Below, piece by piece: positions 9,055 to 17,819 of a DNA stretch of 20,573 bases; within the stretch, counting starts at the first letter, position 1, and each line of letters starts with the position of its first letter. Below the pieces are notes generated by a model, which saw nothing but the letters and a program-made list of their open reading frames with translations, searched no databases and was not told the DNA's origin. The position numbers and the translations under genes were made by a program. Origin of the DNA: an uncultured bacterium (GTDB lineage: Bacteria > Hydrogenedentota > Hydrogenedentia > Hydrogenedentales > JAEUWI01); assembly GCA_963977445.1 (NCBI GenBank), contig CAXBPH010000113.1, forward strand, positions 1-20,573, given 5' to 3'.

Positions 9055-10398
9055 ATGTTGCGACGAGTATTAATTGCAAATCGGGGCGAGATTGCGGTCC
9101 GAGTAATTCGGGCGTGTCGGGAGATGGGCATCGCATCGATTGCCGTCTATTCCACCGCCGATGAAGATTCATTGCACGCCGCGTTGGCCGATGAGAGTAT
9201 CTGCATCGGACCACCCGAGCCGAGCAAGAGCTATCTCCACATCCCCAGTATCATATCTGCTGCCGAGATTACCGATGCCCAGGGTATCCACCCCGGTTAC
9301 GGTTTCCTTTCGGAAAGCACCAAATTTGCCAATATCTGCGCTGATTGTAATATAAAGTTTATCGGGCCATCGCCTGAGGCTATTTCACTCAGTGGGGATA
9401 AGGCGGCGTGTCGCCAGGCCGTGAAAGCGGCAGGTGTGCCCGTGGTGCCCGGTAGTGAAGGACTCGTTACCGATCCCGAAAAAATCCTCGAGATCGCCAA
9501 GGAAATCGGGTATCCGCTCCTCGTCAAGGCCGCGGCCGGCGGTGGTGGTAAGGGCATGCGTATCGCCCACAACGATGCCACGCTGAAACACTCCATTACC
9601 ATGGCCTCCAATGAAGCGATGGCTGCATTCGGTGATGGTGGCGTCTACATGGAGAAATTCCTCGAAAACGCCCGCCACGTTGAAGTGCAAATCCTTGCCG
9701 ATGAGCATGGCAAAATCGTTACGCTGGGTGAGCGCGAGTGCAGTATCCAGCGTCGTCACCAGAAGCTGATCGAGGAGTCGCCGTCGGTTGCGCTGAGCAG
9801 TTCCCTGCGCTCTAAGATGTGCAAAGCCGCGCTCCGTGCCGCAAGGGCGATTAACTACACCAACGCGGGCACCGTAGAATTTCTCCTTGCCCCCAACGGT
9901 CAGTTTTACTTTATCGAATTTAATGCCCGCATCCAGGTGGAGCATCCCGTGACCGAGCAGGTAACAGGAATCGACCTGGTTCGCGAACAATTGCGTATCG
10001 CTTCCGGCGAGCCCCTGGGCTACAGTTCCGTGAAAACCAGCGGTGCCGCAATTGAAGCCAGAATCTATGCCGAAGACCCGGAAAGGAACTTTATGCCGAG
10101 TCCAGGTATAGTTAAGAGTTGTCACATGCCTGGCGGTCCCGGGGTTCGGGTGGATACCCATCTCTTCGCTGGCTATGAAGTGCCTCGCTATTATGATTCA
10201 CTCCTGGCCAAGGTGATTGCCACCGGAAAAGACCGGGATCAGGCCATCGAACGACTCGGGGGTGCCTTAGATGAATTTATTGTGGAGGGGGTTAATACCA
10301 CGGCAAAACTGTGCGCGCGCATTGTCCGGGGTGACCGCTTCCGTCGGGGGGACCTTGGTCCTGATTTAATTGACGAGTACGTGAACACGAGCGGCTGA
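9055..10398 (+). CDS. accC: Acetyl-CoA carboxylase biotin carboxylase subunit
   Basis: LIANRGEIAVR, HPGYGFLSE, GGGGKGMR, ERECSIQRRHQK, RIQVEHPVTE, YDSLLAK. Directly follows accB. Confidence 0.97.
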   Translation: MLRRVLIANRGEIAVRVIRACREMGIASIAVYSTADEDSLHAALADESICIGPPEPSKSYLHIPSIISAAEITDAQGIHPGYGFLSESTKFANICADCNIKFIGPSPEAISLSGDKAACRQAVKAAGVPVVPGSEGLVTDPEKILEIAKEIGYPLLVKAAAGGGGKGMRIAHNDATLKHSITMASNEAMAAFGDGGVYMEKFLENARHVEVQILADEHGKIVTLGERECSIQRRHQKLIEESPSVALSSSLRSKMCKAALRAARAINYTNAGTVEFLLAPNGQFYFIEFNARIQVEHPVTEQVTGIDLVREQLRIASGEPLGYSSVKTSGAAIEARIYAEDPERNFMPSPGIVKSCHMPGGPGVRVDTHLFAGYEVPRYYDSLLAKVIATGKDRDQAIERLGGALDEFIVEGVNTTAKLCARIVRGDRFRRGDLGPDLIDEYVNTSG

Positions 10399-10584
10399 TC
10401 GCCAGACGTGCCACTGAATGGAACGTGGGTCGTTCGCTTGCTCGTTGTCGCCGGGGTTCCTGAATACGGGGTCCGGAATACGAATGCGACGTGTGTGCAT
10501 AGCGCGGTACACATGGCGAGACGTGTGCAAGGTCGGCCCCCATGGGGCGCCCCGCGAACAATTGCTTGAAAAGGAGCAAGTCCC

Positions 10585-12105
10585 ATGAAACTGTTCATCC
10601 TGAAGCTGCTCAGCCTGATTGTACTCAGCCTGGGCGTTCTTTCGCTTTTCTTTGTCTTGGGAATATCTGAGGTTACGGGTTACGTGGCCGAGTTACCCGC
10701 ACAGATTGCGGAGTTCCAGAAAACCCTTCCCGATTCCGTTTCCTGGGCACTGGATCTCAAGATTCTGTGGCTCATCGGTTCCATTGCCGCCATTGTATTT
10801 GGTGTCTATGGATTCCTGCCTCGGACCTCCAAGTGGAAGAAGCCCAAGAAAATTTCCTACGACGGACCCCACGGCCAGGTGATGATTCAACTCGACACGG
10901 TGGAGCAGTCCCTCAACCGGGTTCTCGCCCGCATGCCGGAAGTGAAGAAGATTGACGTCGTCGTAGAGCCCCGGGACGGTGGTCGAAGCGCGCTGATCAA
11001 GGCCAAGGCCGTGTTGCAGCATCAGCCCGGTCAAAATGCCCGCGCCATCGCCGGTCTGGTAAGCGATTACATCGCCGAAACGGCCACCAAAATGCTCGGC
11101 CTGGAAGAACTGGCCACCATCGAGCTCAACGTGACCGGAATCAACGTAAATTCCCGGAAATCGAGTAAAGAGATCCGAAAAGAGAGCCTTACCCACTCGG
11201 GTAATGCTCCTGTGGAACTGCTGGAAGCTTCGCCCAAGCCCCTGGGCCTTTCGGCTCCTGGCGAACCCCTCGGAAGTGGCCCACTGGAAGAAGAAATCGA
11301 CGAAGACGGCACGGTGGATGCCAACGCCGTGGATTCGGCCGAAGAAGAGTCCAAGAAGGCCGCTGCCCGCTCGGAACTGCTGGAACCCTTGAGTCTCCAC
11401 AATATCCACGAAGATGCCCGGGAAGACGAAGAAGCAGAAACCGAAGCTTCGGTTGAGCCGACTGACGATGCTATCGAAGACGACGAAGAGACCCCGAACA
11501 TTGTATATCACAGCGTCGAAGGGAGCCGTGCCAACGCCTCGGTCGTTCCTGAGCCCCTTGGCGACCTGAGTGACGAGACCGAAGAAGCGGAAGAAGACGA
11601 GATAGCGGAATCGGTAGACGAAGAAGTCGGCGAAGAAGTCGGCGAAGTAGAATTTGATGTTGAAGTGCCCGAATTCCTGCCCGACGCCGAAGAGAGCCAG
11701 GAGGAGACTGAAGCGTCTGCCCCGGTAATCTCCCCTTGGGCATCCGTAGCCAATGACGATGCCAGCGACGACGCCGGCACCGCCAACAGCGTTGACGAAG
11801 ATGCCGTGGCCGTTACGCCCATCGAAGAAGAGGCGGCAACGCCATCTGCCTGGGCTACCGAAGAACTCGGCGAAACGGAAGACGAAACATCGGTAGCGGA
11901 TGATGACGAAGCAACGCCATCCAATCTGTCCGACAGCGAAGCGACCGATTCCATCATGGGTGACCTCGATGGTGAAGACGACGAAGTAGTCATGGGCGAG
12001 ATTCCCGAATTTGAAGAAGAGCAGGGTGAATCCACCGGTGATGCAGAAGTTGCGAATGAAGGTGAGGGCGAAGGGGAGAAAAAGCGCTGGGGTTGGTTTA
12101 ACTAA
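10585..12105 (+). CDS. amaP: AmaP-like (alkaline shock response membrane anchor/Asp23-like fold) protein with a long acidic low-complexity C-terminal extension
   Basis: Two N-terminal TM helices, a basic stretch, then GQVMIQLDTVEQSL..MPEVKKIDVVV..IAETATKMLGLEELATIELNV resembling AmaP. Position after accBC matches the known accB-accC-asp23-amaP context. AAGGAG SD. The family call rests on pattern and context only. Confidence 0.65.
   Translation: MKLFILKLLSLIVLSLGVLSLFFVLGISEVTGYVAELPAQIAEFQKTLPDSVSWALDLKILWLIGSIAAIVFGVYGFLPRTSKWKKPKKISYDGPHGQVMIQLDTVEQSLNRVLARMPEVKKIDVVVEPRDGGRSALIKAKAVLQHQPGQNARAIAGLVSDYIAETATKMLGLEELATIELNVTGINVNSRKSSKEIRKESLTHSGNAPVELLEASPKPLGLSAPGEPLGSGPLEEEIDEDGTVDANAVDSAEEESKKAAARSELLEPLSLHNIHEDAREDEEAETEASVEPTDDAIEDDEETPNIVYHSVEGSRANASVVPEPLGDLSDETEEAEEDEIAESVDEEVGEEVGEVEFDVEVPEFLPDAEESQEETEASAPVISPWASVANDDASDDAGTANSVDEDAVAVTPIEEEAATPSAWATEELGETEDETSVADDDEATPSNLSDSEATDSIMGDLDGEDDEVVMGEIPEFEEEQGESTGDAEVANEGEGEGEKKRWGWFN
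11620..11647 (+). repeat. 12-bp tandem repeat (GAAGAAGTCGGC x2.3) in the acidic tail
   Basis: gaagaagtcggc gaagaagtcggc gaag, encoding EEVGEEVGE. Confidence 0.85.
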
Positions 12106-12141
12106 TCACAGTACGCCCCGTTTTTGGTGATATTCATTTCG

Positions 12142-12178
12142 ACCCGGAGCATGGTTTTCCGTGCGCCGGGTATTTATT
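12142..12178 (+). terminator. Possible weak intrinsic terminator/hairpin after the amaP-like gene
   Basis: ACCCGG(a)GCA...TGC(g)CCGGGT stem followed by ATTTATT. The U tract is imperfect. Confidence 0.35.
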
Positions 12179-12207
12179 ATGCGAAGCCATTTTCGCAGGA
12201 GTAAATC

Positions 12208-12975
12208 ATGCTGACAAAACGGATTATACCGTGCCTGGATGTAGCCGACGGACGGGTCGTCAAAGGCGTGCAGTTTCTTGGCCTGCGAGACGCCGGCGAT
12301 CCCGTCGAAATTGCCAAGCGCTATGACGACGAAGGTGCCGACGAGCTGGTCTTTCTCGACATTCAGGCCTCCACGGACAACCGCAATACCATGCTGGACG
12401 TGGTCTCCAGAACGGCAGAGCAGGTCTTCATGCCGCTCTGCGTTGGTGGTGGCATCCGTACCCTGGAAGATATACGGCGTATGCTCAACGCCGGGGCCGA
12501 CAAAGTATCCATCAATACACCGGCCATTCAGGATCCCGAGTTTGTAAACCAATCCGCCTCCCGTTTCGGTTCCCAGTGCATCGTTGTTGCCATTGACGCC
12601 AAAAAGCAGCCCGATGGCACCTATATCGTCAAGAGTCACGGTGGCCGGGAGGGGGGACGGGCGACGGCCCTTGAGCCCATTGCCTGGGCGAAAGAAGTAG
12701 AATCTCGCGGTGCGGGAGAGATCCTCCTGACCTGCATGGATGCAGACGGCACGAAAAATGGCTACGGTATTGAACTGACCCGCGCCATATCGGAAGCGGT
12801 GAGTATTCCCGTTATCGCCAGTGGGGGAGCCGGCACCCTGGAGCACCTGCGGGAAGCGTTGGTCGAAGGAAAAGCGGATGCCGCACTGGCAGCGTCCATC
12901 TTTCATTTTCAGGAATTTACCATACAGGAAGCCCGGGACTACCTTGCAAAGCATGGCGTTCCTGTGCGATCCTAA
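12208..12975 (+). CDS. hisF: Imidazole glycerol phosphate synthase cyclase subunit
   Basis: [67 protein letters not shown]. Confidence 0.98.
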   Translation: MLTKRIIPCLDVADGRVVKGVQFLGLRDAGDPVEIAKRYDDEGADELVFLDIQASTDNRNTMLDVVSRTAEQVFMPLCVGGGIRTLEDIRRMLNAGADKVSINTPAIQDPEFVNQSASRFGSQCIVVAIDAKKQPDGTYIVKSHGGREGGRATALEPIAWAKEVESRGAGEILLTCMDADGTKNGYGIELTRAISEAVSIPVIASGGAGTLEHLREALVEGKADAALAASIFHFQEFTIQEARDYLAKHGVPVRS

Positions 12976-13143
12976 TACTTGGTTTGTGTGGGCTGTTGGT
13001 GTGGCTTTGTATCCGGTGCCCAACGCAAATCGCTCTCAAATAGTACGTGGTAGATGGTATTGCGATGTGCAAAATGCGCATGGGGCAACGTAAAGGTATA
13101 CACCTTCCTATCTGCCAACCGGACCCGAGTGGAGTGACTCACA

Positions 13144-13203
13144 ATGCAACTACATCGTTACACGGACTGCCGTCGATGGCGTTGCCACACTCCCTGCTGC
13201 TGA
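13144..13203 (+). CDS. Putative leader peptide MQLHRYTDCRRWRCHTPCC upstream of hisI-trpE-trpG
   Basis: SD GGAGTG at 13131-13136, ATG 13144, TGA 13201-13203. Contains two His codons and one Trp codon. Too short for the ORF track. Confidence 0.45.
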   Translation: MQLHRYTDCRRWRCHTPCC

Positions 13204-13297
13204 GCCCGTCTCCCAGCATTCCCCCTGTTTTTCTGATCAATAATGTACCTGTATTTTCCCGGCTGCCGGGACACCGTCTATGAAGGAGTGTGACCCC

Positions 13298-13663
13298 ATG
13301 ATTCTTGATGACCTGCTCAAATACGATGCAAATGGCCTCGTTTGTGCCGTCATTCAACACCACAAGACCGGCCAGGTCCTTATGGTGGGCTACATGAACC
13401 GCGAATCGCTGGGAATTACCATCAAAGAAAAGAAGGCCTGTTTCTGGTCCCGTTCTCGTCAGACACTCTGGCTTAAGGGCGAAACCTCGGGCAATGTGCT
13501 CCACGTCAAGGAAATGCGTATCGATTGTGATGGCGACGCCTTGGTGCTGCAGTGCGACCCCGTGGGCCCCACTTGCCACACCAATGAAACCAGTTGTTTC
13601 TATCGACTCGTAAATGACGATGAATCCTTGAGCCTGGCCGGCGACGGCGTGGCTGCGGAATAG
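13298..13663 (+). CDS. hisI: Phosphoribosyl-AMP cyclohydrolase (monofunctional, no HisE domain)
   Basis: GQVLMVGYMN, FWSRSRQTLWLKGETSGN, DCDGDAL, PTCHTNETSCF. ATG 13298 follows AAGGAG. Confidence 0.96.
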   Translation: MILDDLLKYDANGLVCAVIQHHKTGQVLMVGYMNRESLGITIKEKKACFWSRSRQTLWLKGETSGNVLHVKEMRIDCDGDALVLQCDPVGPTCHTNETSCFYRLVNDDESLSLAGDGVAAE

Positions 13664-13698
13664 CCGGGCGCTGACCCGGAAGAAGAGGGAACAGATCC

Positions 13699-15186
13699 AT
13701 GCTCCATCCATCACTGGATGAATTTCGCGCGGTGGCAACGCCTGGCGCACTGGTGCCCGTCTATCGGGAAATACTCGCAGATTTGGAGACACCCGTCTCT
13801 GCCTACATGAAAATAGCCCAGGGACAATCCCACGCCTTCCTGTTGGAAAGCGTAGAGCAGGCTGGTTCCCTTGGGCAGTACTCCTTCATCGGGGCCAACC
13901 CGTCCATCATATTTCGGGCAAAAGGCACGGCAGTCACAGTTATCCGGGGGGGAGACGAAGAAAACTACACGTCAGAAAATCCCCTCCATGAACTTCGTAA
14001 AATCATGGCCGATTATCAACCCGTAGAAATGGCCGGATTACCCGAATTTCATGGCGGTGCCGTGGGCTATCTCTCTTATGATCAGGTCCGTTTCTTTGAG
14101 ACGTTACCCGATGAGAATCCAGATACCCTGAACCTGCCCGACCTGTATTTCGTGATCACGGACACCATGCTCCTCTTCGATCACGTCAATAATCTCATCA
14201 AGATTGTTTCCAATGTCCATGTGGATGACAATACCGACGCGGCCTATGCGCGGGGGATTGAGAAAATTGCGGCCCTGGAAGCCCAGCTGAAGCAGCCGCT
14301 GAGTGACGTCATGGTTACCCCCAAAGCCAGCGGCCTGCCCGACGATATCGAATCCAATTTCAGTCGGGAAGCGTTCTGTGACATAGTGAATCGGGCGAAA
14401 GAATATATCTGTGCGGGCGACATCTTTCAGGTTGTCCTCTCCCAGCGATTCCGACGTCCCGTAACCGCGGCGCCCGTTACCCTCTATCGCGCCCTGCGCT
14501 CCATCAACCCGTCTCCCTACATGCTCCTCATGCAATTTCCCGACTTCTCTCTGGTCGGCTCCAGCCCCGAAGTGATGACCCGCGTAAAGTCGGGCCGTGC
14601 CATGGTGCGCCCCATCGCAGGCACCCGCCCACGCGGTAAGACCGCCGAGGAAGATAGGGCCTATGCGGTGGATCTCCTCGCCGACGAGAAAGAAATTGCC
14701 GAGCATGTCATGCTCCTCGATCTTGGACGCAATGATATCGGCCGCATCAGTAAACCTGGCACCGTCGCACCTGTCCCGGGGAAGCGCATGGTGATTGAGC
14801 GCTACTCCCATGTGATGCACATCGTCAGCGAGGTGGAAGGGGAGATGCTTTCCGACTGCGACGCCTACGATGCGCTGGCCGCAACCTTTCCCATGGGAAC
14901 CGTGAGCGGCGCACCCAAAATCAGGGCCATGGAAATTATCGATGAATTAGAAACCGTTCGGCGCGGGCCTTACTCCGGTGGATGTGGGTATATTAGTTTC
15001 TCCGGCGATATGGATACCTGTATTCTCATACGGACCATGATCGTCAAAGAGGGCACCGCCTATTGCCAGGCGGGCGCGGGCATCGTTTACGACAGCGACC
15101 CCGACCGGGAATATGAGGAAACGCAAAACAAAGCGAAGGCCCTCTTTCGTGCTGCAGAGTTCGCGGAAAAAGGACTGGAAACATGA
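13699..15186 (+). CDS. trpE: Anthranilate synthase component I
   Basis: ADLETPVSAY, FLLESVE and NPSPYM (Trp feedback motifs), GDIFQVVLSQR, RPIAGTRPRG, EHVMLLDLGRND, GTVSGAPKIRAM, QAGAGIV. Confidence 0.94.
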   Translation: MLHPSLDEFRAVATPGALVPVYREILADLETPVSAYMKIAQGQSHAFLLESVEQAGSLGQYSFIGANPSIIFRAKGTAVTVIRGGDEENYTSENPLHELRKIMADYQPVEMAGLPEFHGGAVGYLSYDQVRFFETLPDENPDTLNLPDLYFVITDTMLLFDHVNNLIKIVSNVHVDDNTDAAYARGIEKIAALEAQLKQPLSDVMVTPKASGLPDDIESNFSREAFCDIVNRAKEYICAGDIFQVVLSQRFRRPVTAAPVTLYRALRSINPSPYMLLMQFPDFSLVGSSPEVMTRVKSGRAMVRPIAGTRPRGKTAEEDRAYAVDLLADEKEIAEHVMLLDLGRNDIGRISKPGTVAPVPGKRMVIERYSHVMHIVSEVEGEMLSDCDAYDALAATFPMGTVSGAPKIRAMEIIDELETVRRGPYSGGCGYISFSGDMDTCILIRTMIVKEGTAYCQAGAGIVYDSDPDREYEETQNKAKALFRAAEFAEKGLET

Positions 15187-15761
15187 TTGTTATCATCGAT
15201 AATTACGATTCCTTCACCTACAATCTCGTTCAGTATTTTGGCGAAGTCGTAGAAGACGTTCGTGTATTCCGCAATGACGTTATTGACGTGGACGGTATCC
15301 GCGCCCTCAATCCCGACCATATTGTGGTGTCACCCGGGCCCTGCACACCCAGCGAAGCCGGCATCTCCATTGACGTCATCAAGTCGCTCGGGAAAACCCA
15401 CCCGATTCTCGGGGTGTGCCTCGGCCACCAGAGCATTGGTGCGGCCTATGGCGGCAACGTGGTTCGTGCCGATCGCATTATGCACGGCAAAGTCAGCGCC
15501 ATGAACCACACCGGCCACCCGCTCTTTGCCGACATCGAATCGCCCTTTGAGGCGACCCGCTATCACTCCCTGATTATCGAACGTGCTACGTGCCCCGACG
15601 TGTTGGAAATTATCGCCGAGACGGACGAAGGCGAGATTATGGCCGTGGCCCACAAGAGCGATCCTGTGTGGGGACTACAGTTCCATCCGGAGAGTATTTT
15701 GACGGGTTGCGGCAAGCAATTGATTCGCAATTTCCTTGCACTTGGGAGTGCCCGAGGGTAA
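15183..15761 (+). CDS. trpG: Anthranilate/aminodeoxychorismate synthase component II (glutamine amidotransferase)
   Basis: IDNYDSFTYNL, SPGPCTP, GVCLGHQ, TRYHSL, QFHPES. ATGA overlap with trpE. Confidence 0.93.
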   Translation: MIVIIDNYDSFTYNLVQYFGEVVEDVRVFRNDVIDVDGIRALNPDHIVVSPGPCTPSEAGISIDVIKSLGKTHPILGVCLGHQSIGAAYGGNVVRADRIMHGKVSAMNHTGHPLFADIESPFEATRYHSLIIERATCPDVLEIIAETDEGEIMAVAHKSDPVWGLQFHPESILTGCGKQLIRNFLALGSARG

Positions 15762-15763
15762 GT

Positions 15764-15792
15764 TTGTGTTTTTACGGTTCTGCAGCTATAAT
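15764..15792 (+). promoter_or_regulatory. Sigma70-type promoter candidate P1
   Basis: TTGTGT, 17-nt spacer, perfect TATAAT (15787-15792) in an AT-rich gap. Confidence 0.5.
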
Positions 15793-15855
15793 TGCTGTGG
15801 AAATTTGATATCTGTAAGCGGTTACAATCTGCGGACTTAAATCAGTTTGTACCGT

Positions 15856-15884
15856 TTGACTTTGTCCTACCCATGTGTTAAATT
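15856..15884 (+). promoter_or_regulatory. Sigma70-type promoter candidate P2 (extended -10)
   Basis: TTGACT (15856-15861), 17-nt spacer ending in TGt, TAAATT (15879-15884), 46 nt before ATG 15931. Confidence 0.6.
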
Positions 15885-15930
15885 AGCCGACACTGACTGG
15901 GGACACTTAAACGCGGAGTGGTTAAAAACA

Positions 15931-16506
15931 ATGGCCCTGAGCAAGAAACAACAGAAAATCGTTGAACAACTCGTTCGTCGAGTTGAATTGTGTCGCGAGT
16001 TCATGAACGATTGGATGTTATTCAATCAGATTCTTACCCGCTATCCCGAGCCCGGCATCAATAAAGCCGAACTGGAAACACAGTTCCTGAAGATCAAAAG
16101 TAAGCTTGCCCGGACGCACAAAGTGCTCAAGGATACGCTTGCCGACGATTACAATCTTGATAACAATACGATGAACATCATCTCCGGCGCTACGAGCCTG
16201 GAAGCCATCTATTCACAGTCCGAAGTGGCCGTGAAGAAGCTCCAGACCGAATGGCATCGTGCGTTCATCGCTATCAACGAGACCCTCGGTGCGGTTGACG
16301 ATAAGCGCGCTCGTGCGGAAGCGGGGGAGAAGATCTTCCTGGCACCCGTCGGTGGCATGGTCAACATGGGCGGCGATTCCGGTGGTATGAGTAAGAACAC
16401 CAAGACGGTGCTTATTCTCTTCGGTATTTTGGCCGCCATAGTGGCATTCATTCTTGTGAATCCAGGTGGTGCAGCGGATGCGTGGCGGAAACCCCTCGGT
16501 CTGTAA
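15931..16506 (+). CDS. Hypothetical helical protein with a single C-terminal transmembrane anchor
   Basis: ATG 15931 with GGAG upstream, downstream of the promoter candidates. Amphipathic helical body, Gly-rich linker, hydrophobic VLILFGILAAIVAFILV segment. Codon usage looks like the neighbouring genes. Confidence 0.8.
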   Translation: MALSKKQQKIVEQLVRRVELCREFMNDWMLFNQILTRYPEPGINKAELETQFLKIKSKLARTHKVLKDTLADDYNLDNNTMNIISGATSLEAIYSQSEVAVKKLQTEWHRAFIAINETLGAVDDKRARAEAGEKIFLAPVGGMVNMGGDSGGMSKNTKTVLILFGILAAIVAFILVNPGGAADAWRKPLGL

Positions 16507-16513
16507 GAGTCAT

Positions 16514-16533
16514 GGGGACCTCGCGGTCTTTTT
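16514..16533 (+). terminator. Weak intrinsic terminator candidate
   Basis: GGGACC-tcgc-GGTCTT stem (with G-U pairs) running into a T run just after the stop. Confidence 0.4.
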
Positions 16534-16551
16534 ATTACGAAAGGGACGTAG

Positions 16552-16905
16552 GTGACCAAGCGTGAGTTGGTGATCAGCGTAGCGGAACAGCTGGGCTTCA
16601 CCCAGAATGAAGTGTCCGATGTGGTGCAGACCACCTTGGATACCATCACCGAAGCATTGGCTTCCGGTGATCGCTTGGAGATCCGTAATTTTGGCGTCTT
16701 CGAAGTGAAGGTGCGCGACGCTCGGTTGGGAAGAAATCCCCGTACCGGTGATTCCGTTCCCATCGAAGAAAAGCGCATACCCATTTTCAAGCCGGGCAAA
16801 GCCCTGAAGGAATGGGTAGAAAAAGCGGATCCTACCGGCACGGCCCCATCGACCCGGGAGCCGGGAGATGAGGAAGAACAGCGCCGAACCGGTGGCGCGT
16901 TCTAG
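16552..16905 (+). CDS. HU/IHF-family DNA-binding protein (IHF-beta-like) with a C-terminal extension
   Basis: MTKRELV, LEIRNFGVF, GRNPRTG, FKPGKALKE signature, plus about 27 extra polar residues. Confidence 0.95.
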   Translation: MTKRELVISVAEQLGFTQNEVSDVVQTTLDTITEALASGDRLEIRNFGVFEVKVRDARLGRNPRTGDSVPIEEKRIPIFKPGKALKEWVEKADPTGTAPSTREPGDEEEQRRTGGAF

Positions 16906-16959
16906 TCCTCCAAGCCGATGGCGAGATCGTGCGCTGGACGGTGGATAAATGATATTATT

Positions 16960-16988
16960 CGGGTGTCTGTACAGACACCCGTTTTTTT
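16960..16988 (+). terminator. Rho-independent terminator after the HU/IHF gene
   Basis: Perfect 22-nt palindrome CGGGTGTCTGT|ACAGACACCCG followed by T7. Confidence 0.85.
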
Positions 16989-17025
16989 GTTTTAGACCTT
17001 CGTTTATAGAGTATGAGTAAAGGAA

Positions 17026-17805
17026 GTGGCAGTGTCCGAAGAAGATATGCGAATGAGCTTTACGGAACATCTGGGCGAACTGCGTACGCGGTTGATTCGC
17101 TCGGCAATCGCCGTCGTCGTGGGGGCCGTGGTCTGCTATATCTTCTCCGAAGAGATTTTTATCGCCCTGGCCCAGCCCCTGGAAGCCCTGATGCCCGCAG
17201 GGGCCGACGGTGAGCGAGCCAAGGCAATCTGGGTTACGCTGAATCCTTTGGAATACATCATCTTCAGCTTGAAGGTGGGTGGCTACGGCGGGCTGCTTCT
17301 GGCCACACCGGTGATCATACATCAGCTCTGTGGCTTCATTTTTCCGGGACTTCGTCCCAATGAGAAACGGGCCGCCCAGATCCTCCTGATCGGTGGTTTT
17401 TTCCTCGCGTTTACCGGCACCATGATTGCCTATCTCGGCGTCTTGCCCTTTCTCATGCCCTACCTCAGCAGCTTTGTGCCCGCCTTCGTAAATCAGCAGC
17501 TTCAGGTGGGCTCGACGATTGCCATTATCGTAAAGTTGTTGCTGGCATTCGGCATCGCATTCCAGTTTCCCATGGTTGTGTTGATTCTGGTCTATCTGGG
17601 AATTCTAACCCCCGAGACCCTGAAGCAATACCGGAAAGTTACCATCGTCGGGCTGGCCGTTGGGTCTGCCATGCTGACCCCGCCCGATCCCATTTCGATG
17701 GCTATCATGCTTGTTCCGCTCTATGCCCTGTTTGAAGGTAGTATCTGGATGTCCTATATTGTCGTTCGTCGGCAGGCCAAGACCCAGAATAATGAAGGCG
17801 AATAA
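17026..17805 (+). CDS. tatC: Twin-arginine translocase subunit TatC
   Basis: MSFTEHLGELRTRL, FIFPGLRPNEKR, FGIAFQFP, LTPPDPIS, LFEGSI; about six TM helices. Confidence 0.97.
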   Translation: MAVSEEDMRMSFTEHLGELRTRLIRSAIAVVVGAVVCYIFSEEIFIALAQPLEALMPAGADGERAKAIWVTLNPLEYIIFSLKVGGYGGLLLATPVIIHQLCGFIFPGLRPNEKRAAQILLIGGFFLAFTGTMIAYLGVLPFLMPYLSSFVPAFVNQQLQVGSTIAIIVKLLLAFGIAFQFPMVVLILVYLGILTPETLKQYRKVTIVGLAVGSAMLTPPDPISMAIMLVPLYALFEGSIWMSYIVVRRQAKTQNNEGE

Positions 17806-17819
17806 GGAGCCCTGTTCCC

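Noticed and set aside
13216..13225. GCATTCCCCC matching the REP-like core in reverse
   Set aside because: Only 10 nt, lacking the GGAG foot and hairpin; likely chance.
13047..13283. 78-aa plus-strand ORF in the hisF-hisI gap
   Set aside because: No SD or recognisable features. The short ORF at 13144 in another frame has the better SD.
6088..17322. Long minus-strand ORFs (e.g. 6088..6990, 9385..10161, 10693..11511, 12106..13023, 14104..14820, 16510..17322)
   Set aside because: Antisense to well-supported genes, no motifs, and expected in GC-rich DNA.
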